From assembly GCA_947383685.1 (NCBI GenBank), contig CANDEE010000001.1:2152-66151 (forward strand): a DNA stretch of 64,000 nucleotides, written 5' to 3'. Position 1 is the stretch's first letter, and each line of letters begins with the position of its first letter. Below the pieces are notes generated by a model that was not told the origin of the DNA, made no database searches, and was given only the letters and a program-made list of their open reading frames with translations. Source of the DNA: an uncultured Pseudoflavonifractor sp. GTDB lineage: Bacteria > Bacillota > Clostridia > Oscillospirales > Oscillospiraceae. Below, in pieces: positions 48,238 to 58,217 of this stretch. A program made the position numbers and the translations under genes.

Positions 48238-50122
48238 TAACCACCGGCGTGACGAACGCAGAGAAGAGAAGGAGCGAGTTCGTAGGCGCATACATGTCAC
48301 AGTGGACCCTTCCAAACATGACTACTATCCCGAAAAAAAGCAAGCGGATTTCTACGATGATGATGTCCACCAGCGTGTGGCCATCTATGTCCGTGTTTCC
48401 ACAGATGATATTAAGCAAACAACTTCTTATGAGCTTCAGAAGAAGTATTACGAGGAATTTGTCATAAAGCACCCAAACTGGGAGCTTGTCGAGATTTATG
48501 CAGATGAGGGTATCAGCGGCACATCCCGAAAGCACAGGGATGCCTTCAACCGCATGGTAACTGACTGCCATGCGGGAAAGGCCGACATGATCGTCTGTAA
48601 AAGCGTGTCCCGCTTTGCCCGTAATGTTGAGGACTGTATAGGTATTGTCAGACAGCTTGCAGCCCTAAACCCTCCTGTTGGTGTCTTTTTTGAGTCCGAG
48701 TGCATCTTCTCTTTAAAGGACGAATCCCAAATGGGACTGAGCTTTCAGGCGATTATGGCAGAGGAGGAATCTCACACAAGATCCCGGAGCATGGAAGCGT
48801 CTCTTCGGATGCGCTTGGATAATGGCATCCCCCTCACCCCCAAACTGCTGGGCTATACCCATGACTCAGAGGGTAATTTGATAATCAACCCTGATGAGGC
48901 TCCTACAGTTAAGCTGGCCTTCTATATGTACCTGTATGGATACTCCACACAACAAATCGCTGACACCTTTAATTTCATAGGAAAACGCTCTTATCTTGGA
49001 AATACCAATTGGACGTCCAGCGGCATTAGTCAGATTCTGAGGAATGAGCGTCATTGTGGTGACGTACTTACGAGGAAAACATACACTATTGACTATCGGA
49101 GCCATAAGAAAAGGGTAAATCGCGACGGGCAGCGGCCCCAGAGTCGGTACAGAGATCACCATGAGGCCATTGTATCCAGGGACGATTTTATTGCCGTCCA
49201 ACGGCTGCTTGACAATGCAAAATATAAGAACAAGTCGATTCTGCCAGAGCTCATGGTTATCGACTCCGGGATCCTAAAGGGATTCGTTGTCTTGAATCCA
49301 CGCTGGGGCGCATTCAGTGCAGAAGACTACCTCCGGGCTTCCATGAGTGTGTATCCACAGCTCGAGGAAACCGAACGCCCTGCTTCGTCAGGCGGCAAGG
49401 AAGTCCAAGTGGAGGCGGAGGCCGGTTCATTCGATCTACGAGGATTTGAGATAGCACGATCCGAGCTTTTTGATTCTCGAAGCCATCCTTCGGTCTCATT
49501 TTATGATAGAAAGGTCAAATTCAGCGGATCCTGTGTTGAACGCTTTGGCAAGCAGAATTTCGTGGAGCTTCTTATCAACCCGGTAACCAAGATGTTTGCT
49601 GTTCGGCCGGCAGAACGTGACAACCGAAGCGGTGTGGTTATTTCTCGGTATCAGGATGGAAAGTTCCGCCCCAGGGATATACCCGCAGCGGCTTTCAGTG
49701 ATAAGCTCTATACTCTGTTCGGTTGGAGCATAGACAGGAAATATCGAATCACTGGTTGCCTCTGCAAAAAGGACGAAGAGTTAGCATTCATTTTTGAAGC
49801 CGGGGACTCTGAGACCTTCTTCAAGCCCTTCATGATAGATCGTGGGGATGACGCAGGGCAACCACTTACTCCTTCGGGAAAGCGGATTCGAGCCGTACCT
49901 GTTGAATGGACGCAGTCCTTTGGGCAACAGTTCTATCTGCATGAGAGGTCTTTCTCTGCACTAGCCGAGCAACGCAAGGAGGACTGGGCTCTGCTCTTGA
50001 AAGGCGAGCTGTTCGATTCAGGCAAGAGACTAAAAGTAACTGATTTCGAGGTTTTGAAGGACTATATCCAGTCCCAAATAGGGGACATCCCGCTTTCGGA
50101 GGTGGAATTAACCCATGGATGA
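48230..50122 (+). CDS. Large serine recombinase with atypical C-terminal domain
   Basis: AIYVRVST, YADEGISGT, KSVSRFARN, recombinase domain (LLGY...ILRNERHCG...HEAIVS); no zinc ribbon. Confidence 0.93.
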   Translation: MIDNHRRDERREEKERVRRRIHVTVDPSKHDYYPEKKQADFYDDDVHQRVAIYVRVSTDDIKQTTSYELQKKYYEEFVIKHPNWELVEIYADEGISGTSRKHRDAFNRMVTDCHAGKADMIVCKSVSRFARNVEDCIGIVRQLAALNPPVGVFFESECIFSLKDESQMGLSFQAIMAEEESHTRSRSMEASLRMRLDNGIPLTPKLLGYTHDSEGNLIINPDEAPTVKLAFYMYLYGYSTQQIADTFNFIGKRSYLGNTNWTSSGISQILRNERHCGDVLTRKTYTIDYRSHKKRVNRDGQRPQSRYRDHHEAIVSRDDFIAVQRLLDNAKYKNKSILPELMVIDSGILKGFVVLNPRWGAFSAEDYLRASMSVYPQLEETERPASSGGKEVQVEAEAGSFDLRGFEIARSELFDSRSHPSVSFYDRKVKFSGSCVERFGKQNFVELLINPVTKMFAVRPAERDNRSGVVISRYQDGKFRPRDIPAAAFSDKLYTLFGWSIDRKYRITGCLCKKDEELAFIFEAGDSETFFKPFMIDRGDDAGQPLTPSGKRIRAVPVEWTQSFGQQFYLHERSFSALAEQRKEDWALLLKGELFDSGKRLKVTDFEVLKDYIQSQIGDIPLSEVELTHG

Positions 50123-50873
50123 ATTTAATGGTCAGAACGCTGTAAACCTGCCTCCCCAGCCAGGGGAAGCACTCCCAGAGGGTGAATTCATTCCCTCCCT
50201 GGGAATCGATGATGAACTGCTCCGTATGGACGGGGCACTTGATTTGGAGCAGTTTCAGGTGGTCCGACGCGAGTTTTTTGCTCATCTTCAGGAGCCCTCA
50301 GTTACGTTCAATAACTGCAAGTTCTATGTGAACGCTGCTTGCCTGAGGAAGTTCCCCACCGCAGACTTTGTCCAGGTCCTAGTCAACCAGGAGACAAAAA
50401 TACTTGCTCTTCGCCCCTGCCATGAAGGAGATCGTGACTCGTTCATGTGGTGCAGTATGTCCAAGGGGAAGCGAGTCCCTCGGCAGACCACAGGGAAGTT
50501 GTTCTCCGCCAAGATGTTTTCCCTCATGAATTGGAACCCTGATTATCGCTATAAAATGCTTGGCAAGGTCGTATATGCCAAGGGCGAGTATCTAATTGTA
50601 TTTGACCTCACTGCGACCGAGGTGTACCAAAAGACGTTCCGCGAGGGCGAAAAGCCCAAAGTATCACGGACCCCCGTGTTTCCTGCTGAGTGGCAGGCGC
50701 AATTTGGCATGCCTCTCAAAGAGCACCAGCAATCGCTTCAAATCAATATCTTTGATGGCTACGCCGTTTTTGCAATCAAGGATCAGACAAAAGGTGATTC
50801 GGAAGCTCAACCTCAGGCCACGCCTGGTCAACTCGCTATAGGTACAGAGCAGGAGGGATTTACGAATGGCTGA
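50115..50873 (+). CDS. Recombinase-associated protein homologous to the LSR C-terminal domain
   Basis: DLEQFQVVRREFF..PSVTF..FVQVLVN..LALRPC..W..DYRYKMLG aligns by eye with LSR residues ~400-530. Confidence 0.8.
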   Translation: MDEFNGQNAVNLPPQPGEALPEGEFIPSLGIDDELLRMDGALDLEQFQVVRREFFAHLQEPSVTFNNCKFYVNAACLRKFPTADFVQVLVNQETKILALRPCHEGDRDSFMWCSMSKGKRVPRQTTGKLFSAKMFSLMNWNPDYRYKMLGKVVYAKGEYLIVFDLTATEVYQKTFREGEKPKVSRTPVFPAEWQAQFGMPLKEHQQSLQINIFDGYAVFAIKDQTKGDSEAQPQATPGQLAIGTEQEGFTNG

Positions 50874-51261
50874 GACAAGCCGTCAATTGGCCCAGATATC
50901 CATAGACTTGAAAAAATCACGCATTCGTGTCCACAAGGCATCCCTTCACCAAATCGGCGACCCGCGCTATATTCATCTTCTTGTCAACATTGAGGCCCGA
51001 CAAGTGGCAATTCGTTCTGTCGATGCTCAGAAGTTCGACAGCGCAGCCCATAAGGTAAAGCCTTCGGCCATGGATTCAGATTTCTCGTATGAGATTTATA
51101 GCCAGCCTTTTGTTGAAAAGCTCCGGAAGGAATTTGACTGTTTCCACGCTGGGACAAGCTATAGACTGACTGGTGTTGTCATCCCGGAGGAAAAGATGTG
51201 TGTCTTTCCTCTGAGTTCTATTCACCCCATAGAGAGTGAGGTTCAAAGCAACCATGTCTAG
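50866..51261 (+). CDS. Recombinase-associated small protein (third copy of the same domain)
   Basis: RIRVHKASL..YIHLLVN..VAIRS..SYRLTG..VFPL; overlaps both neighbours. Confidence 0.75.
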   Translation: MAETSRQLAQISIDLKKSRIRVHKASLHQIGDPRYIHLLVNIEARQVAIRSVDAQKFDSAAHKVKPSAMDSDFSYEIYSQPFVEKLRKEFDCFHAGTSYRLTGVVIPEEKMCVFPLSSIHPIESEVQSNHV

Positions 51262-52204
51262 GCCAAAACTGATTGTCGATCCTGAGTTCAAGGGACTTAT
51301 CCGCCCCCTGACCACATCGGAGCGAGAGCAGCTTGAAGCCAACCTCCTTGCAGATGGTTGCCTGGATTCGATCATTGTCTGGGATGGAATTATTGTGGAT
51401 GGCCATAACAGGTACGAGATATGCACCAAGCATGATATTCCATTCTCCACCACAGAGATGTCTTTTGATTCACGCGAAAGCGCTATTGCCTGGATTTGCG
51501 CCCATCAACTTGGGCGACGAAATCTCTCCGAGGCAACACGCAAATACCTCATAGGCGTTCAATATGATGCGGAGAAGCTTTCCGCAGCCCACAGAAACCA
51601 AATGGGTCTAAATCAATACGGGCGCCTTGATCCAGAGAGCGAAGCAGAAATTGAAAGTCCAAGTCCAAAGCGTCCGTATACTGCAGAGCGGATTGCAAAG
51701 GAGAATAACATTTCTCCAGCAACCGTTCTGAAATACTCCATTTATTCCAGGGCAGTTGAAAAGTTAAAGCAAAAGGTACCTGAAATCGTCCCTAAAATAC
51801 TGTCGGGGAAGTACAAAATATCACATGACAATGTGATTGAACTCGCTGAGCTTTCTCCACAAGAAATTCGAAAGGTAATGCGTGGAATTGAAGCTAAAGA
51901 GGAAGCAAGTAGTCGCTACAAGGTGCCCCGTTCTGCAATGCAGGAGGTCTCCCAGGGAAAGGAGCCGGAACAAGAAATGCGTGCAACAGTGAAAGACATG
52001 CCCCCCTATGATCCAGACGCGGAGCTTGTCGGACTGACATTGACCATTCCATCCTGGGTGAGTTCCCTGGATCGGCTCCAGCAAAACATTTCGCTGAACA
52101 AAGTTACTCCACGGGCCAAGCTACAGCTCATCAAGGCTTTGGTAACGCTTGACGACAAGGCAATAAAGCTAACTCAATATTTAGGAGGTGGCCCTCATGA
52201 GTGA
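51254..52204 (+). CDS. ParB/Srx-like N-terminal domain protein with HTH
   Basis: LEANLLADGCLDSIIVW..IVDGHNRY, QLGRRNL, TAERIAKENNISPATV. Confidence 0.85.
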   Translation: MSRPKLIVDPEFKGLIRPLTTSEREQLEANLLADGCLDSIIVWDGIIVDGHNRYEICTKHDIPFSTTEMSFDSRESAIAWICAHQLGRRNLSEATRKYLIGVQYDAEKLSAAHRNQMGLNQYGRLDPESEAEIESPSPKRPYTAERIAKENNISPATVLKYSIYSRAVEKLKQKVPEIVPKILSGKYKISHDNVIELAELSPQEIRKVMRGIEAKEEASSRYKVPRSAMQEVSQGKEPEQEMRATVKDMPPYDPDAELVGLTLTIPSWVSSLDRLQQNISLNKVTPRAKLQLIKALVTLDDKAIKLTQYLGGGPHE

Positions 52205-53114
52205 GGGAGAGTATAACTTCTTTGTTCCACAGGTACATTTTGAACTGATTCCAATCTCCAATCTGGTTTCGAACCAGAACTATCAGAGAGACCTCTCCCA
52301 GACGCATATTGAGAAAGCTGCCATGAACTTTGATCCCTACCAGATAAATCCTGTAAAGGTCAGCCGCCGGGATGGAGTGAATTATGTTTTCAATGGTCAA
52401 CACACCATTGAAATCGTTGCACGGGCTTCTGGCTCTCGCGACACTCCTGTCTGGTGTATGATTTATGATGATCTAAGCTACGCCCATGAAGCAGATATAT
52501 TTGCCAACCAGCAGAAATTTATCAAGTCACTAACTCCCTACGAGGTGTTCGTTGCAAATATAGAGGCCGGAAATGAACAGCAGATGATGGTTAAGGCACT
52601 TGTCGAGTCCTATGATCTTGAACTCGGCGGGAAACGGCAGAACGGCATGATTTGTGCCATCTCCACACTGGAGGCCATCTTCCAGCGCTGTGGTTATCAT
52701 GTCCTGGATCGTGTGTTGCGACTGATTGTAGGCACATGGGAAGGGGATGTGATTTCTCTCTCAGCCAATTTCCTCAACGCCGTGGCCCGCTTAGTTGAAG
52801 TTTATGGCGACAAGCTGGATGATCAACAGTTCAAGGAAAAGGTGGGGGCATTGAGCGCCAAGCACATTTCCCGTACTGCAAAGGAACGCCAAGCCGGGTC
52901 GATGGGCTACGCCGAGGCCATGGTGCTTCAGTATAATGGACGGCGGAAAAATAGTGCATTTATGCTCCCCATCAAATGGCTCTATTCCAAGCGGGACTCC
53001 TCCTCCATTTTCGATGTCCTGGAGGAACCAGATGGAGATGATTCTGACGATGACAGAGACTCAAATGGTGAAGAGGATAGCTCTCCCGATGATGGTGACT
53101 GGGACGAGGATTGA
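52197..53114 (+). CDS. DUF6551-like ParB-fold protein with acidic tail
   Basis: NYQRDL, VKVSRRDG..YVFNGQHT, EADIFANQ. Confidence 0.75.
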   Translation: MSEGEYNFFVPQVHFELIPISNLVSNQNYQRDLSQTHIEKAAMNFDPYQINPVKVSRRDGVNYVFNGQHTIEIVARASGSRDTPVWCMIYDDLSYAHEADIFANQQKFIKSLTPYEVFVANIEAGNEQQMMVKALVESYDLELGGKRQNGMICAISTLEAIFQRCGYHVLDRVLRLIVGTWEGDVISLSANFLNAVARLVEVYGDKLDDQQFKEKVGALSAKHISRTAKERQAGSMGYAEAMVLQYNGRRKNSAFMLPIKWLYSKRDSSSIFDVLEEPDGDDSDDDRDSNGEEDSSPDDGDWDED

Positions 53115-53125
53115 GGTTAACCAGC

Positions 53126-53159
53126 AAGGGCCACCGGCAGCACTCAGCCGGTGGCCCTT
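53126..53159. terminator. Perfect 13-bp hairpin between the convergent recombinase operons
   Basis: AAGGGCCACCGGC-agcactca-GCCGGTGGCCCTT; U-tracts weak. Confidence 0.6.
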
Positions 53160-53183
53160 ATCGTCTTGTCTAGATGCCTCGCT

Positions 53184-54818
53184 CTACTCATCCTTGATGT
53201 CCTGCACGATGCTTATCCCGCCTCGGATAATGACCTCGATTCTCGTTGGGGAGAGTACTTTGACTGTATCCACAAGCTGACGAATGATGCTGTCATTCCA
53301 CTCTTGAAGTTCCGTGGCACTCTCTTTCATGATGGTCACAGCATTTTCCACCCGCCGTGCCACCTCACTGCCTGTGGAGCCTTTGGATAATAGTTCCTCT
53401 CTCTTTTGCTTGAGGTCTGTGGTCTCCTTGACAAGAGCTTTTAGCCGGGTGGATTCCGTCTCAGTCTGCTCTCCGCGGGCAGCGGCCTCTGTAACGATGG
53501 CCATAGTCTCTCGGCTGATCCCCACCAGCCTGGTATCGATATCACCGATACTCAGCTCCTCACCAAGCCTGGGTGCGAACTCAACCTCTAGGGACTGGGT
53601 GATTTCGTCTATCAGCTTATTTCTATCGCTCATGGCTTTGTTCAGAGCAGATAAGATAGCATTCTGGAGAGGCTTCTCCTTGAGAGTCGGGGAGTTATGG
53701 CAGTATTTCTTCCCATAGTCCAGTCGGCTTGTACACCGCCACACCTTGTAGCTCCCCTTATAGTTCCAGGTGCAGCGGCGGTACAGGGTTCCACATTCGC
53801 CGCAAATCAGCCGGTCGCTCAAAGCAAGTTTACTGGAGTACTTCCCCTTGCCCGTTGGAGCCTGCTTTTTGGAGGGGCTTCTTCCCGCATTTCGCCTTGC
53901 GAATTCCTCTCTTACTGCATCGAACAGCTCCCTCTCAATGATGGCATCATGGTGGTTCTGGATGAGGTACATGGGGAGCTGGCCTTCGTTTTTGACCACC
54001 TTTTTGGAGATGCAGTCTTCACTAAAGGTCTTCTGCAACAGGACGTCACCGCAGTATTTCTCATTGGTGAGGATTCCTCGGACGGTAGTTTTGTACCAGC
54101 CTTTTCCCCTGGCGGGGATCCCGTCCTCAATCAGCTTTTGTGTAATTGCTTCCAGGCTGGCACCAGCGAGGAAGGTCTTGTAGATCTGCCGGACAACTTC
54201 CGCTTCCTCTGGGATGATTTCTGGCGTTCCGTCCTCTCCACGGCGGTATCCGTAGAGGCGAGTGTATTGGATGATTGCTTTTCCCTCACGCATAGCTTGC
54301 CGCTTACCCCAGGTCACATTTCCGCTGATGGACTCGCTCTCGCTTTGGGCAAAGGCTCCATACATAGCCACAAAAACCTCACTGCTGACCTGCATGGTAT
54401 TTATGTTCTCTTTCTCGAATATAACAGCGATTCCCATGCTTTTTAGAAGCCGCACATAGGTCAGGCAGTCCACGGTGTTTCTTGCGAAGCGAGAGATGGA
54501 CTTGGCTAAAACGATGTCAACCTTCCCCTGCTTGCAGTACTTGATCATCCTCAGGAACTCAGGTCGCTTTTTTGCGGAGGTACCCGTGATCCCTTCATCA
54601 GCAAAGATATCAACCAAGGTCCATTCTTTATTTCCCATGATCTTATCGGTGAAATAGGTCTTCTGAGCTTCATAACTGGAGAGTTGCTCGTCTTCCTCGG
54701 TAGATACACGGCAATAGGCTGCCACTCGAAGCTGTCGCTTCACAGCTTGTTCCTTGGCAATCTCGGTTTTGGCCGGGATTACAATGACCTTTGGTTGCTT
54801 TCTCTCCACGCCGTTCAC
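53184..54818 (-). CDS. Large serine recombinase
   Basis: AAYCRVST, KSISRFARN, LYGY, NEKYCG, zinc ribbon CGECG...WRC, coiled coil. Confidence 0.95.
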   Translation of the reverse strand: MNGVERKQPKVIVIPAKTEIAKEQAVKRQLRVAAYCRVSTEEDEQLSSYEAQKTYFTDKIMGNKEWTLVDIFADEGITGTSAKKRPEFLRMIKYCKQGKVDIVLAKSISRFARNTVDCLTYVRLLKSMGIAVIFEKENINTMQVSSEVFVAMYGAFAQSESESISGNVTWGKRQAMREGKAIIQYTRLYGYRRGEDGTPEIIPEEAEVVRQIYKTFLAGASLEAITQKLIEDGIPARGKGWYKTTVRGILTNEKYCGDVLLQKTFSEDCISKKVVKNEGQLPMYLIQNHHDAIIERELFDAVREEFARRNAGRSPSKKQAPTGKGKYSSKLALSDRLICGECGTLYRRCTWNYKGSYKVWRCTSRLDYGKKYCHNSPTLKEKPLQNAILSALNKAMSDRNKLIDEITQSLEVEFAPRLGEELSIGDIDTRLVGISRETMAIVTEAAARGEQTETESTRLKALVKETTDLKQKREELLSKGSTGSEVARRVENAVTIMKESATELQEWNDSIIRQLVDTVKVLSPTRIEVIIRGGISIVQDIKDE

Positions 54819-55567
54819 CTCCCTGGCTGGTATTCTATGACTTGTCCGCTTTTCAGCGTAATACTGGCCAGATTTCCGTTCTCCACCGTGACTTTTGAGA
54901 TGGCTGTTCGTAGGAGATCGGCATCCAATGCCTGTTCTGGCTTGGCCTGTTCAAATAGATGCCGAAGGCGTCTAGCCTCATATTCTCTTGTCGGGATATT
55001 CTTGTAAGCGGCGACCGCACCCTGGGTTATCAGACTTTTGGCGCGCTCCTCATCTACCGGGAGCTGCCGCAGCACCTCATCAAGTTCCTCTCGATTGGGC
55101 GTCACCCCATATTTGTTCCAATGTCTAGGGAGCTTGATTTCCTCTGGATTTCGTACTACCCAGTTGAGCAAGGCCAGAAGCTGACGCTTAGCTTGGTCTG
55201 ACAATTGCACATCGCTCAATTGCCGTGCTACACGTTCGCCTGCGGTGGGGATTTTGGCCTTTGCTTGGGACTGGCGCCTTTTCCGTGCTGCGTTTAACAC
55301 ATCAATCTGAATGATGGCTGGGAAGCCTTTCTTCCCTGTGTATCGCTCATCTTCCAGGAGCCGTGCGACCATATTCTTATTCCAGGGCTTAGTCCCATCA
55401 AAGGGAACGGAGTGTTCGGTCAACCATAAGGCAATTGCTTTGAAGGATGTCCCGGAAAGGTAGTCTTGGAATATCAACTTTACATATCCCGCTTCCTCTT
55501 CGTGGATACGAGTCTCGCCCATCTCCATCTTGTATCCGTAGGGGAGCTTGCGGTATCCCATGGTCAC
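54815..55567 (-). CDS. Recombinase DNA-binding-domain-only protein
   Basis: LPYGY...WNKNMVARLLEDERYTG..FPAII; no catalytic domain; middle gene of the triplet. Confidence 0.85.
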   Translation of the reverse strand: MTMGYRKLPYGYKMEMGETRIHEEEAGYVKLIFQDYLSGTSFKAIALWLTEHSVPFDGTKPWNKNMVARLLEDERYTGKKGFPAIIQIDVLNAARKRRQSQAKAKIPTAGERVARQLSDVQLSDQAKRQLLALLNWVVRNPEEIKLPRHWNKYGVTPNREELDEVLRQLPVDEERAKSLITQGAVAAYKNIPTREYEARRLRHLFEQAKPEQALDADLLRTAISKVTVENGNLASITLKSGQVIEYQPGR

Positions 55568-57168
55568 GCCTCCTCCTGGGTCAGTGTCTCAGGTAGCTCC
55601 AGTCCATTCTTTAGCTGGATCACAAAGTGGTCATTATCGACCACCTTGATCTGCTCGACAAGCCCATGATACAGCTCTGGTTCGATTCTCTCGATGAAGT
55701 CTGGCCCGTTGTCCAAGACTTCCACCATATCCTGGGTCCTGGCAATGGTGTCATCGGAGTCGCTGTCCAGAATCCGCTCCTTTTGCCGTTTGATTTCTCT
55801 GAGCTGTCTGGCAAGGGCATTACTTTGGGCAATAAAAATGTCAGGATCGATGAGGCCCTGTTTCTTCAATGAGGCCAACATCTGCTCCTGACTGGCAATG
55901 TCTGATATTTTCTTGTTGAGTGCTACCACATCTTCCCTCCACAGCAGTCTGTTCTCAGCAGCCTTTCGAAGATCCGCAAGCATTTGGGAAAGGATGGGAT
56001 AGTGTTTTAGCTTATAGTACATACGGCAGAAGAGAATCTCCACATCTGACTCTCGAACCGGCAGTAGGGTACATTCGGTATTCTTGTCATCCCTGGACCG
56101 GCAGGTTCGGTAGCCAACTCCCCTGATGGTTTTTCTACGAAGCAAGCATCCACAGTGTTCGCAAATCATGCTCCCTTTGAATACAGAGCTGTTGGCTTCA
56201 GTACTTGGAGTCTTATGACGGTTCTGCTTACACATAAGAGCTTGTGTCCGGTCGAAGGTCTCCTGATCGATGATGGGAGGGTGGGTGCCTTCAGCGTAAT
56301 ACTGCTGCCGCTCCCCGCGGTTCTTCACCTTCTTGTGCGGGAAGCTTTCAGTGGTAATACGTTTCTGCCACAAGGAGTTTCCTGTGTATTTTTCGTTCTT
56401 GAGGATCCGGGTCACACCCTTGTACGTCCACTTGATCTCCCGTAGCTCTGGGGCAACCTTGGACTGTTCAGCCATATAGTGAGCAATGTCCAGAGTACTC
56501 ATCCCCGAGAGGTAAAGCGAGAAAATGGTTCGAATATGCTTGGCTCTGAGCTCATCCACTACGATCTGTCCATCTATCACACAGTAGCCATAAGGCTGGC
56601 TGCTGGGGATGAATGTCCCATTCTCCATCCTTTTCTGCCATGCCCAAGTCATATTCCCCGAGATCGATTCGCTCTCTTGCTGGGCGAACGAAGCAAAGAT
56701 GGTCAGCATCATCTCACTGCTGATGCGGCCAGTGTCAATGTTTTCTTTCTCGAAGTAAACGCTGATGCCCATGGCCTGCAGCTCTCGCACAGACTCTAGG
56801 CATTCAGTGGTATTTCTTGCAAAGCGGGAAATGGATTTGACCAGGATCTTGTCAATCAACCCCCGGCGGCAGTCTTTCATGAGTCTCAGGAAGTCAGCAC
56901 GTTTCTCCATCGAGGTGCCGCTGATGCCATCGTCTGCATAGATGTCCACCATTTCCCACTGAGGCTTTTCAGTGATCTGACTCGTATAGTACCGGGTCTG
57001 TGCTGCCAGAGAATTCTCCTGGTCTTCGGAGTCTGAGCTGACTCTTGCATAGGCTGCAACCCGAAGTTTGACATCTTCTGGCTTCTTGGTTGCCTCAATG
57101 GTGATGATATTGTAGCCGCTCCGCTTCCGTGCGGCGGTACCTTCGACCAGGGCTGCGTCCACGTCCAA
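55564..57168 (-). CDS. Large serine recombinase
   Basis: AAYARVSS, YADDGISGT, KSISRFARN, PYGY, NEKYTG, CEHCG zinc ribbon. Confidence 0.95.
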   Translation of the reverse strand: MDVDAALVEGTAARKRSGYNIITIEATKKPEDVKLRVAAYARVSSDSEDQENSLAAQTRYYTSQITEKPQWEMVDIYADDGISGTSMEKRADFLRLMKDCRRGLIDKILVKSISRFARNTTECLESVRELQAMGISVYFEKENIDTGRISSEMMLTIFASFAQQESESISGNMTWAWQKRMENGTFIPSSQPYGYCVIDGQIVVDELRAKHIRTIFSLYLSGMSTLDIAHYMAEQSKVAPELREIKWTYKGVTRILKNEKYTGNSLWQKRITTESFPHKKVKNRGERQQYYAEGTHPPIIDQETFDRTQALMCKQNRHKTPSTEANSSVFKGSMICEHCGCLLRRKTIRGVGYRTCRSRDDKNTECTLLPVRESDVEILFCRMYYKLKHYPILSQMLADLRKAAENRLLWREDVVALNKKISDIASQEQMLASLKKQGLIDPDIFIAQSNALARQLREIKRQKERILDSDSDDTIARTQDMVEVLDNGPDFIERIEPELYHGLVEQIKVVDNDHFVIQLKNGLELPETLTQEEA

Positions 57169-57282
57169 CTCACCTCCTCGTATGCAACACTACCACAGAA
57201 GGATATGGATAGCTATGGCCAATTGCAACGAAAAGAGAGCATTTCATTTGATCTAATAGTACAATCTAATGTCGGTCATTCC

Positions 57283-57414
57283 TTAGGCTTGGGTGGTCCT
57301 TTTCTTCCTCTTTTTTGCCCCTCGTTCCCAGTCACGCTTGGGATAGCATGGCGAGGGGCAATTGGGGTATCGCTTACATACTTTACAGGGACAATTTTTC
57401 TTGCTGGCCCCCAT
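57283..57414 (-). CDS. 43-aa Cys-rich basic peptide
   Basis: GAGGAGGT RBS; CPCKVCKRYPNCPSPC followed by a Lys/Arg tail. Confidence 0.55.
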   Translation of the reverse strand: MGASKKNCPCKVCKRYPNCPSPCYPKRDWERGAKKRKKRTTQA

Positions 57415-57433
57415 GGTCAACACCTCCTCGAAT

Positions 57434-57580
57434 TCAGAAAGGGAAAAGGATGTCCGCTCCGATTCGAGCGGCGATCCGTCTGGCGACCTTTTGGGCTTCA
57501 GCCTCCGTACAAGCGTTGGCATCTACCAAAGCCCTGATAAGTTTTACAATCCCGCAGTAGTCAAGATTGGCACTAGTCAT
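57434..57580 (-). CDS. 48-aa helical (SHOCT-like) protein upstream of the recombinase triplet
   Basis: AGGAGG RBS; IVKLIRALVDANACTEAEAQKVARRI. Confidence 0.6.
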   Translation of the reverse strand: MTSANLDYCGIVKLIRALVDANACTEAEAQKVARRIAARIGADILFPF

Positions 57581-58217
57581 CGGCAGCTTCCCCCTCCTGT
57601 GATAATTGAGTCTGTCTTGATCGCAGAAGAACGGGCACCGGCCATTTGGTGCGCCGGTGCCCGTGGTTTCCATTATCAAGACAATCGTTTTCTTTCCTGA
57701 TTGCCTGCGCTCCTGTATTCGACACTACTTCCCCAGAAGCAAGACCCTTTATGAAGGGCCAAGGGCGAGAGCCTGAAGTCCGGCTGGTTAGGCCGTGTCA
57801 TGGGTAACTAGCCCCCGTGAGGATCTCTCACAGCCGCCCTCCTTGCGTGATCCCCATTTCACTGGGGGCTGGGACGGGACGGAAGTATCCACCGGCAGAG
57901 GTCATGGCGAAACAGCCTACCACAAGCTGCTTTCAGGTCGGGCGGGGCCGCTCTGCACCTTCTTTGGCCGTCATTGATGTGGAGCAACTCCACACAGGTG
58001 GTCATGGCGCACCCTCCTTTGTCGCTTCAGCCTTTTCTAGCCTTCTGCCGGTAACGTGTTCAGGATCGGATATTCAGTTTTCCAGGTTCAGTCCAGGGGG
58101 CTCTACTCGTTGCGAAAAAGATTCGCTATGGCTGGTGCTGATAAGCACCTATCTCAACCGAGCTTAAAAGTCCCCTCACTGTCCATACCGACGAAATCCG
58201 CTTCTATGCGGACAATT

